Positions 56,467 to 64,000 of a stretch of 64,000 nt of DNA are shown one piece after another. A program made the translations under genes and the position numbers. Within the stretch, counting starts at the first letter, position 1. Every line of letters starts with the position of its first letter. The stretch is from Deltaproteobacteria bacterium (GTDB lineage Bacteria > Myxococcota > Kuafuiibacteriia > Kuafuiibacteriales > Kuafuiibacteriaceae), in the NCBI GenBank assembly GCA_040218735.1, contig JAVJQW010000012.1, positions 320,001 through 384,000 of the forward strand. Direction: 5' to 3'. A model generated the notes under the pieces. It made no database searches and was not told the origin of the DNA. It saw only the letters and a program-made list of their open reading frames with translations.

Positions 56467-58229
56467 CAGACCCCCCTCATCGAGGCCATCATCCCACCAA
56501 TATCGGAGGTATCGACCGCGACTTGTTCACTCGGTGGTTTGAAACGAATCGTCACGCGCGTCCCTTCCCCCTCCGCGCTCGTGACGTCGAGCGCCGCGCC
56601 ATGGGCCTCCACGATCGAGTGGGAGATCGCCAACCCGAGCCCGGAGCCGCCGGCCTTGGTCGTGTAGAACGGATCGAAGACCCTGCGCAGCTGCTCGGAG
56701 CTCATCCCGGGTCCGTCGTCCTCCACGGTCATGACCGGCTCCTCGCCGTTGAGCGCGACCCGGACCCAGAGCGTCCCGCCCGCTGGACGAAGCGCGTCGG
56801 CGGCGTTGCGAACGAGGTTCCACAACACCTGACGCAACAGATCCTCGTCGACGATCGCGACCACGCCCGCATCGATCTCCGTTTCGATCGTCACGTGCGC
56901 CGCCTCCTGCCGGAACACTTCCAGCACACTCTCGACGATGGCGCCAAGTTCGTGTCGCTCGAGCTGCAACGAACGCGGACGCGCGAGCGCGAGGAAGTCG
57001 GTGATGAGCCGGTTGAGCCGATCCGCCTCCTCGACGACGTTCGACATCAACCGCTGCAACGGCGGCGGCGGCTCGAGCGTCGACGACAGCACGTCGATCG
57101 ACGCACACATCGACGCGAGCGGGTTCCGCACCTCGTGCGCGAGCCCCGCCGCGAACTTACCGACGGTCGCGAGGCGCTCGGCGCGCTCCACCGCCTCCTT
57201 CAGCATCACGATGTCGGTCACGTCCTGGAACACCACGATCGTCCCGGACACCTTACCGTGCACGATGTCGAGCGGCGCGAACGAGAAGCCGAGCCGAAGC
57301 CGCACGCCCTCCGCCCGTTCGTAGCTGGTCTCGTGCCGTTCGCGGCCGGCGATCGGATCCTCCGACCATCGGACCCAGGCCTTTCGCATGCCGGGAACCA
57401 CGACCTCCAGCGGTTGCCCGACGAGGTCGCGCAGCGAGATCCGCAGGATGTTCACCGCGGCGTCGTTCGCGTAGCGAATGGTGCCGCCCGCGTCGACGGT
57501 GACGAGCCCCGCCGGAAGCGACCGGAGGATCGCCGCGTGCATCTGCTGGAGCTGCTCGTAGTCGACCTCCTTCTCCGCCAACGCGCGGCCGGTGTCGCGG
57601 AGCTTCTGCGCCAGGGTGCTCGACAGCTCGGCGACGGCGGCCATCCCGACCGCGTGCACCGCGAGGGAAATGAGCGCGCTCGTGGGGCGCACGACGGGGA
57701 GCACGGAGAGCAGCTGGAGCATCTGCGCCGCGATCACCGCGCCGTACATGCCGATCGTCACGACCACCGCGAGCCGCCCGCCGCGTCGGTACAGCGTGAC
57801 GGCGCCGCCGAGGATGCAGAAGACGTAGGCGAAGCCGAAGACCGACTCGACGCCCCCCGTCATCAGCACGAGCACCGACACGATCAGCGCGTCGAGCCCG
57901 ATCTGCGCGTACGCGAGGAGGAGCGCCGCCTTCCCGTAGCGAAGCGCCAACGCGTAGACGATCGAGAGGCCGTACGTCGTGCCGATCAGCGCGTACTGCC
58001 ACGACTGGATTTGCGATGCCTCCCAGGGCGGGTTGAGCTGCACCAGCGCGAAGATGACGATCAGCGAGACGCTGACGACGACGACGCGGATCCACGCGAC
58101 GAGGAGGAGGTTCCGTTTGAACTCCTCCTCGACGTCGTGCCCGTCCATGGGCTCGACGGAGACCACCGGCACCCCCCGAAGGGAGCCGGTTCGATCTGCG
58201 CGTTCTGTGAGTCGAGTGGGTCCGACCAC
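56466..58229 (-). CDS. pilS: Sensor histidine kinase PilS
   Basis: About 6 TM helices with LMTGGVES.F, PAS, AHEVRNPL, HATPase; start may be 58148. Confidence 0.9.
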   Translation of the reverse strand: MVGPTRLTERADRTGSLRGVPVVSVEPMDGHDVEEEFKRNLLLVAWIRVVVVSVSLIVIFALVQLNPPWEASQIQSWQYALIGTTYGLSIVYALALRYGKAALLLAYAQIGLDALIVSVLVLMTGGVESVFGFAYVFCILGGAVTLYRRGGRLAVVVTIGMYGAVIAAQMLQLLSVLPVVRPTSALISLAVHAVGMAAVAELSSTLAQKLRDTGRALAEKEVDYEQLQQMHAAILRSLPAGLVTVDAGGTIRYANDAAVNILRISLRDLVGQPLEVVVPGMRKAWVRWSEDPIAGRERHETSYERAEGVRLRLGFSFAPLDIVHGKVSGTIVVFQDVTDIVMLKEAVERAERLATVGKFAAGLAHEVRNPLASMCASIDVLSSTLEPPPPLQRLMSNVVEEADRLNRLITDFLALARPRSLQLERHELGAIVESVLEVFRQEAAHVTIETEIDAGVVAIVDEDLLRQVLWNLVRNAADALRPAGGTLWVRVALNGEEPVMTVEDDGPGMSSEQLRRVFDPFYTTKAGGSGLGLAISHSIVEAHGAALDVTSAEGEGTRVTIRFKPPSEQVAVDTSDIGGMMASMRGV

Positions 58230-58250
58230 CCGTAGGTCCTCGACTTCCGG

Positions 58251-59450
58251 CTACTGGATGTTGTCGGCCATCTCGAAGATGGGGAGATACATCGCGATGA
58301 TCAGACCACCGAGAAGGATACCGAGGACGACCATCATGAGGGGCTCGATGAGGCTGGTGAGCGCGGCGACCGCGGCGTCGACTTCTTCTTCGTAGAAGTC
58401 GGCGATCTTCTGGAGCATGGAGTCCATCGCACCGGTGGACTCACCGACCGCGATCATCTGCACCACCATCGGCGGGAACACGCCGGTCTCGGCGAGCGGG
58501 TCGGCCATCGTGCGACCTTCGGAGATGCGCTCACGCGTGTACATGATCGCGTTCTCGATCACCTTGTTACCGGCGGAGCGCGCGGTGATCTGAAGGGCGT
58601 CGAGGATCGGCACACCCGAGGAGATCATCGTACCGAGCGTACGCGTGAACTTCGCGACCGCGACCTTGCGGAACAGCGGCCCGATGACCGGCGCCTTCAG
58701 CGTGATGGAGTGATAGATGAGCTGGCCCTTCGGCGTGCGGCCGATGAGCTTGTAGATCACGATCAGCGCGACGATTCCGATGATCGTCGGGATGATCTGC
58801 GCGCGCAGACCGTTCGAGAGGTCGATGACGAACTGCGTGGGCGCCGGCAGCGAACCGCCGAAGTCACGGAACATCTTCTCGAAGACCGGGATGACCCAGA
58901 TGAGGAGGACCGCCGTCACCGCGCCGGCGACCAGGAGGACGACCGACGGGTAGACCATCGCGCCCTTCACCTGCCGCGCTAGCTTCAGGTTCTTCTCCAT
59001 GTACGTCGCGAGACGGTTGAGGATCGTGTCGAGGATACCGCCGACCTCACCGGCGGCGACGAGGTTCACGTACAGATCGTCGAAGACCTTGTTGTGTTTG
59101 CCGAGCGCGTCCGCGAGCGTCGAGCCGGACTCGACGTCGTTCTTCACGGTGCTGATCACCTTCGCGAAGTGCACGTTGGCTTGCTGGGATCCGAGGATCT
59201 CCAAGCACTGAACGAGCGGGAGACCGGCGTCGATCATCGTCGCGAACTGGCGCGTGAAGACCACGACCTCCTTCGGCGAGATGCCCGTACCGATCTTGAT
59301 GTGGATCTCGGTCGGCTTCTTCTTGACCTTGGACGCCTGGATTTGCTGCGCCTTGAGGCGCTCGATCACCATGTCCGCGTTCGCGGCTTCCATGGTCCCG
59401 GCGCGCGCCTCACCTTGACGCGTTTTTCCTTCCCAAATGAAAACTGGCAT
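58251..59450 (-). CDS. pilC: Type IV pilus platform protein PilC
   Basis: FTRQFATMIDAGLPL, GEVGGILD, GESTGAMD, YLPIF. Confidence 0.97.
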   Translation of the reverse strand: MPVFIWEGKTRQGEARAGTMEAANADMVIERLKAQQIQASKVKKKPTEIHIKIGTGISPKEVVVFTRQFATMIDAGLPLVQCLEILGSQQANVHFAKVISTVKNDVESGSTLADALGKHNKVFDDLYVNLVAAGEVGGILDTILNRLATYMEKNLKLARQVKGAMVYPSVVLLVAGAVTAVLLIWVIPVFEKMFRDFGGSLPAPTQFVIDLSNGLRAQIIPTIIGIVALIVIYKLIGRTPKGQLIYHSITLKAPVIGPLFRKVAVAKFTRTLGTMISSGVPILDALQITARSAGNKVIENAIMYTRERISEGRTMADPLAETGVFPPMVVQMIAVGESTGAMDSMLQKIADFYEEEVDAAVAALTSLIEPLMMVVLGILLGGLIIAMYLPIFEMADNIQ

Positions 59451-59520
59451 CGTCTTCCCTCGTAGCCGACGCGGCGTGCCGCTCGACCGGATGACAGTCT
59501 ATCGGGCCCCGGCGAGACCC

Positions 59521-59535
59521 GCAAAACCATTGCCG
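59521..59535 (-). promoter_or_regulatory. Sigma54 -24/-12 promoter upstream of pilC
   Basis: - strand CGGCAAT-GGTT-TTGC with correct GG-N10-GC spacing, about 70 nt before the pilC ATG. Confidence 0.55.
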
Positions 59536-59546
59536 AGAAAGCGCAT

Positions 59547-59569
59547 GTAGGGGGGGCTCCCCCACCTAC
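59547..59569 (-). terminator. GC-rich hairpin directly after the pilT stop
   Basis: GTAGG-GGGGG-gct-CCCCC-A-CCTAC stem-loop; weak U-tract. Confidence 0.4.
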
Positions 59570-59570
59570 C

Positions 59571-60671
59571 TCAGCGCTGCTGCCGTTGCGGCTGCGGGTT
59601 GTTCGGCTGCGCCCCGGAGAGGATCTGCCGAAGCTCATCCTGGTCCGCGCTCCGCAGCAGGCCCTCGTCGATACTGATGAGACGGCGCGAGATCAGCGAC
59701 GCCAGCGCCTGGTTCATCGTCTGCATCCCGAACCGCGACTGGCCGATCTGCATCTGACCGTAGATCTGGTGCACCTTGTCCTCACGGATGAGGTTTCGGA
59801 TCGCCATGTTCGGCACCATCACCTCCACCGCCAGAACACGCCCCGCCCCCGACGCCTTGGGGATGAGGGTCTGGGAGAGCACCCCCTCGAGCACCATCGA
59901 CAGCTGCGCGCGGACCTGCGGCTGCTGGTACGGCGGGAACACGTCGAGCACGCGGTTGATCGTCTGCACGCACGAGTTGGTGTGGAGCGTCGCGAACACG
60001 AGGTGACCGGTCTCGGCGATGACGAGCGCCGCTTCGATCGTCTCGAGGTCGCGCATCTCGCCGACCAGGATGACGTCCGGGTCCTGACGCAGGACGTACT
60101 TGAGCGCCTTCTTGAACGAGTCCGTGTCGGCGCCGACCTCGCGCTGGTTCACGATGCAGTTCTTGTGCGGGTGCAGGTACTCGATCGGGTCCTCGACGGT
60201 GAGGATGTGCTCGTGGCGCTCGTTGTTGATCTTGTCGACCATCGACGCGAGCGTCGTCGACTTGCCCGAGCCCGTGGGCCCGGTGACCAGGATCAGCCCG
60301 CGCGGCTTGCCGGCGAGGTCACCGACCACGTCCGGGAGCCCCAGCTCCGAGAACGACATGATCTTGAACGGGATGGTTCGGAACGCACCCGAGACCGCGC
60401 CGCGCTGCATGTAGACGTTCGCGCGGAAGCGCGACAGGTTCTTCACACCGAATGACAGGTCGAGCTCGTTCTCTTCCTCGAACTGGTGCTTCTGCGCGTC
60501 CGTGAGGATCGAGTAACAGAGCTGCTTCGTCTCGACCGGCGTCAGCGGCGGCGTCTTCAGCGGCACCAACCGTCCGTCGATGCGCAGCTGCGGCGGCGCG
60601 CCGGTCGTGATGTGGAGGTCCGAGGACCCCTTTTCGATCATCGCCTTGAGGAGCTGGTGCAGGTTCGCCAC
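59571..60671 (-). CDS. pilT: Type IV pilus retraction ATPase PilT
   Basis: [43 protein letters not shown]. Confidence 0.97.
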   Translation of the reverse strand: MANLHQLLKAMIEKGSSDLHITTGAPPQLRIDGRLVPLKTPPLTPVETKQLCYSILTDAQKHQFEEENELDLSFGVKNLSRFRANVYMQRGAVSGAFRTIPFKIMSFSELGLPDVVGDLAGKPRGLILVTGPTGSGKSTTLASMVDKINNERHEHILTVEDPIEYLHPHKNCIVNQREVGADTDSFKKALKYVLRQDPDVILVGEMRDLETIEAALVIAETGHLVFATLHTNSCVQTINRVLDVFPPYQQPQVRAQLSMVLEGVLSQTLIPKASGAGRVLAVEVMVPNMAIRNLIREDKVHQIYGQMQIGQSRFGMQTMNQALASLISRRLISIDEGLLRSADQDELRQILSGAQPNNPQPQRQQR

Positions 60672-60724
60672 GACTGCTCGGGACTATAGTGGCAGCCGGG
60701 CGGCGTCGCCAGATCGGCGCCCGG

Positions 60725-63202
60725 TCAGGGGACGACCGGCCCGAGCCGCGCGGTCCGGACGGGCCCGACGATCCAGATGTCCGTCCCCAGGTCCACCGCG
60801 CGCGGCGGGCCCGCGACGTCGTGACCGACCGTGTCGTATGGCGCGACGGGGATCGGAATCCACGCGTCGGTCGCCGGGTCGTACGCTCCGGCGGCGCCGT
60901 CCACGAGGACCACGACGTAGCCGTCCGCGACGACGTGCACCGGGTCGACGCCGACGGGCGCGTCGACCGCGCTGATCGGCGCCCAGGCGTTCGTCACCGG
61001 GTCGTAGCGGGCTCCTGCAGCGCCGTCCCAGATCACGAGGTACGTACCCGTCCACGCCCCCGTGGGCGCCGTGACGCTCTGGGCGGTCGCCATCGTGGTC
61101 CACGTGTCCGTGACCGGATCGTAACGTCCGCCGCTCGCACCGGCGGAGCCGCCCCAGACGATCACCTCGGAGCCGGTCCAGACCTGGATGTGGTCGCTCC
61201 GCGCGGCGGGCGCGCCGACGGTGCTGACGGGGCTCCACTGGTCGAGGACGGGATCGTAACGCGCGCCGTCGGCGAGCGCTGCGGTGCCCGACCGCCCGCC
61301 CCACACGATCATGTGGAGGCCCGTCCACACCGCGCCGTGGCGGTCGCGCGCCGCGGGCCGGCCCGCCGTCGCGGCGGCGGTGAACGTCAGGAAGGTCGGG
61401 TCCACGACGAACGCGTCGTCCTGCACGATCCCGCTGGAGGGGATGCGGCCGCCGAACAAGACCAGACGATCGCCGGTCCACACCGCGGAGTGGTTCGCGC
61501 CGAGCTGCTGCGCGCCGGGGATGTTCACGTTGGCGAACTGCCGCGTGACGTCGTCGTAGACGAGGTAGGTCGCGTTGATGCCGACGCCGTCGTCGCCCCA
61601 CCACAGCCACCCGTCCGAACCCGCCGCGGTGACGGAGACGTCGTACGCCACCGACGGGAGCGAGTACGCGTTCTTGAAACGCCAGCCGGCCGGTCCGGCG
61701 GGGAGCGGTCCGCCACACGCCGTCACCGCGGGGCTCGTCGCGAGCGGGTTGTCGCGGCCGAAGACCCCGACGTCGAAGAAACGAACGTCGTAGGCGACGA
61801 GTGATGCGTCATCGCTGAAGGCGGCCGCCGACGCGACGTAGGTGCTGTGCAGCGGCGTGGTCGTCTGGGCGACGCGGTCCTCGAGCGTCGAGAGCGTGAA
61901 GTCGTCGACGACGAGGTAGCGACCCGTCGGATCGATCGCACGCACGAGCTGCTGCTGCGGGAGGCGCTCGATCGCCCCCGTGGTCACGTCCTTCACGAAG
62001 TAGTTGGCGGCGCCGTCGTTGTCGTTGGGGACGAGGTTGCTCGCCTCGGAGCGGAAGAAGACCTCGTTGCCGTCGGCCGTCACGAACAGCGCACCGACCG
62101 CGTGTCCGTTCGCTTCGTTGCCGGACGCGTCGACGCTGACGCGCACGAGCGCGCCCGTCATCACGTCGTAGCGGAACACGTCCTCGACGACGTTGGTGTC
62201 ACCCGCGACGAGGTTGTTCGCGACGGAGCGGAACACGACGTACCGCCCGTTGCCGCTGATCTTCGCGGCGCGCGACGCGCCGTTACCGGGCGCGCCGTTC
62301 GCGGCTTCGCTGACGCGGGTGATCGTGAAGCCGTCCTCCACGTAGATGTCGGCGATCCCCGTCCCCGTCGGCACGACGTTGCTCGCGGTCGTCTCGAAGA
62401 CCACGCGAACCCCCGCGTCGTCGACGTCGAACGCGGTGATGGTCGCGTTGAAGCCGCCGACGCGCATCGTGGAGCTGCGCGTCGCCCAGTCGAAAGACGC
62501 GACGCCGTTGCCCTGCGGGTGGAAGTACAGGTCGCCGGCGGTCGTGAACGCGCCGGCCGGCCCGCCGTTCGGCAGCGCGTACTGTTCGCCGCTCGCGAGG
62601 TCGCGCACGGAGACGAACGGCGGCATGTTGTGGAACGGCTCGAGGTCGTGCCACACGCCGAGCTCGTCGGCGCCCTGCCAGGTCGCGACACGTTGGCCGT
62701 TGCCGCTGAGCGCGATGAAGGTCGCCGGTCCGAACGGATGGGTCTGTCCGTCCGGGCCGCGGTCGATGCGCGCCGGGGATGTGACGCCGAGGCACGCCGC
62801 GACGCCCCCTCCGTTCGGCCCGGCGTCGGGCGTGCCGGCGTCGACGACGCCGGAGTCGGGCGCACCGCCGTCGCGCACCGCGCCGCCGTCGCGCATCGAC
62901 CCCGCGTCCCGCGGACCGCCATCGCGCGGACCACCGTCGCGCATCGTGCCCGCGTCGCGCGGACCACCGTCGCGCATCGCGCCCGCGTCGCGCGGACCAC
63001 CGTCGCGCGTCACGCCGGCGTCGCGACGTCCCCCGTCCCGGACGATCCCCGTATCGCGCGCGCCCCCGTCGCGCGGCGCGCCAGCGTCCCGCGGCCCTCC
63101 GTCGCGGACGACGCCGGGCCCGGAATCGCCGCCACCGTCTTCGCCTCCGCTGCACGCGGAGGTGAAGGCGATCAGCGCGGCGGCGAAGACGTAGCGGTGC
63201 AC
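60725..63202 (-). CDS. Lipoprotein: RD(A/G)G linker + TolB/PD40 propeller + Kelch-like repeats
   Basis: Lipobox TSAC; ISGNGRYVVFRS.A.NLV..DTN...DVF; HxAVWTG..MIVWGG..G.RYDP repeats. Confidence 0.85.
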   Translation of the reverse strand: MHRYVFAAALIAFTSACSGGEDGGGDSGPGVVRDGGPRDAGAPRDGGARDTGIVRDGGRRDAGVTRDGGPRDAGAMRDGGPRDAGTMRDGGPRDGGPRDAGSMRDGGAVRDGGAPDSGVVDAGTPDAGPNGGGVAACLGVTSPARIDRGPDGQTHPFGPATFIALSGNGQRVATWQGADELGVWHDLEPFHNMPPFVSVRDLASGEQYALPNGGPAGAFTTAGDLYFHPQGNGVASFDWATRSSTMRVGGFNATITAFDVDDAGVRVVFETTASNVVPTGTGIADIYVEDGFTITRVSEAANGAPGNGASRAAKISGNGRYVVFRSVANNLVAGDTNVVEDVFRYDVMTGALVRVSVDASGNEANGHAVGALFVTADGNEVFFRSEASNLVPNDNDGAANYFVKDVTTGAIERLPQQQLVRAIDPTGRYLVVDDFTLSTLEDRVAQTTTPLHSTYVASAAAFSDDASLVAYDVRFFDVGVFGRDNPLATSPAVTACGGPLPAGPAGWRFKNAYSLPSVAYDVSVTAAGSDGWLWWGDDGVGINATYLVYDDVTRQFANVNIPGAQQLGANHSAVWTGDRLVLFGGRIPSSGIVQDDAFVVDPTFLTFTAAATAGRPAARDRHGAVWTGLHMIVWGGRSGTAALADGARYDPVLDQWSPVSTVGAPAARSDHIQVWTGSEVIVWGGSAGASGGRYDPVTDTWTTMATAQSVTAPTGAWTGTYLVIWDGAAGARYDPVTNAWAPISAVDAPVGVDPVHVVADGYVVVLVDGAAGAYDPATDAWIPIPVAPYDTVGHDVAGPPRAVDLGTDIWIVGPVRTARLGPVVP
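62835..63110 (-). repeat. Coding RDGG(P)RDAG repeat linker
   Basis: About 16 RD(A/G)G units with a roughly 33-bp higher-order period. Confidence 0.85.
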
Positions 63203-63251
63203 GCCTTCGATAGTGCCAAAAGAGGCGCGGGCGTTCAGTGCGCGCCCGAGG

Positions 63252-64000
63252 TCAGTCGGAGGCCGAGGTGCGCGTGACCTCTTCGATGGTCGTGACGCCG
63301 TCCTTGAGTTTGTTCACGGCGGCCATGCGGAGGGTCTGCATGCCGAGGCGGATCGCCTCCGCCTTGATCTCCGCAGCCGAGGCGCCGTTGATCACGAACT
63401 CCTTCAGCTCTTCGGTGAAGTCCATGACCTCGTACACCGCGACGCGGCCCTTGTAGCCGGTCTCGGAGCACGTCGCGCAGCCCTGGCCCTTGAAGACCTG
63501 GAACGTGCCGATGTCCTGCGGCTTGACCTGGATGTCGAGCAGCGCGCTCTCGGGCACGTCGATCGGGCCCTTGCAGTCCGCGCAGATTCGACGCGCGAGA
63601 CGCTGGGCCATGATGAGGTTCACCGAGGCGGTCACGAGGAACGGCTCGATACCCATGTTGAGCAGACGCGAGACCGTCGACGGGGCGTCGTTCGTGTGCA
63701 GCGTCGACAACACCAAGTGCCCCGTCAACGCGGCCTTCACGGAGATCTCCGCCGTCTCGAAGTCACGAATCTCGCCGACCATGATGATGTCCGGGTCCTG
63801 GCGCAGGAAGGCGCGCAGGGCCGCGGCGAAGTTCAGGCCGATCTCGTCGTGCATCTGCACCTGGTTGATGCCGTGCAGGTTGTACTCGACCGGGTCCTCG
63901 GCGGTGCTGATGTTCACCGTCGACTTGTTGAGCTCGGAGAGCGCGGAGTACAGCGACGTCGTCTTGCCCGACCCCGTCGGACCCGTCACCAGGACCATGC
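63252..64000 (-). CDS. pilB: Type IV pilus assembly ATPase PilB (5' part outside the window)
   Basis: [38 protein letters not shown] zinc motif, GYKGR. Confidence 0.95.
   Translation of the reverse strand, partial: MVLVTGPTGSGKTTSLYSALSELNKSTVNISTAEDPVEYNLHGINQVQMHDEIGLNFAAALRAFLRQDPDIIMVGEIRDFETAEISVKAALTGHLVLSTLHTNDAPSTVSRLLNMGIEPFLVTASVNLIMAQRLARRICADCKGPIDVPESALLDIQVKPQDIGTFQVFKGQGCATCSETGYKGRVAVYEVMDFTEELKEFVINGASAAEIKAEAIRLGMQTLRMAAVNKLKDGVTTIEEVTRTSASD

Overview
GC-rich DNA from a myxobacterium (Myxococcota). The assignment is inferred from MYXO-CTERM proteins, a TIGR02266-type PilZ protein, FHA/Ser-Thr kinase signalling and the pil-mglC-efp-accBC gene order. The core is a type IVa pilus locus in two converging halves. 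The + strand half is pilD-pilS2-pilR2-HTH-pilMNOPQ-aroKB-lipoprotein-mglC-aroQ-efp-accBC. The - strand half is pilB-(lipoprotein)-pilT-pilC-pilS-pilR-(TPR). No pilA or pilGHI is visible. The left third holds a UvrA homologue (cut by the window edge), a chlamydial/plastid-type FabI, many secreted or lipoprotein enzymes with RD(A/G)G linkers, and signalling genes. The most unusual element lies between the pil halves: a translationally coupled two-gene unit (53976->50678). It encodes a small winged-helix-like protein and a 983-aa fusion of a PNP/MTA-nucleosidase effector domain with a SAMHD1/dGTPase-like HD domain. This is a candidate undescribed nucleotide-depleting anti-phage or toxin-antitoxin system. 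I saw no rRNA, tRNA, CRISPR array or intact mobile element. All calls come from motif recognition by eye; no searches were run.
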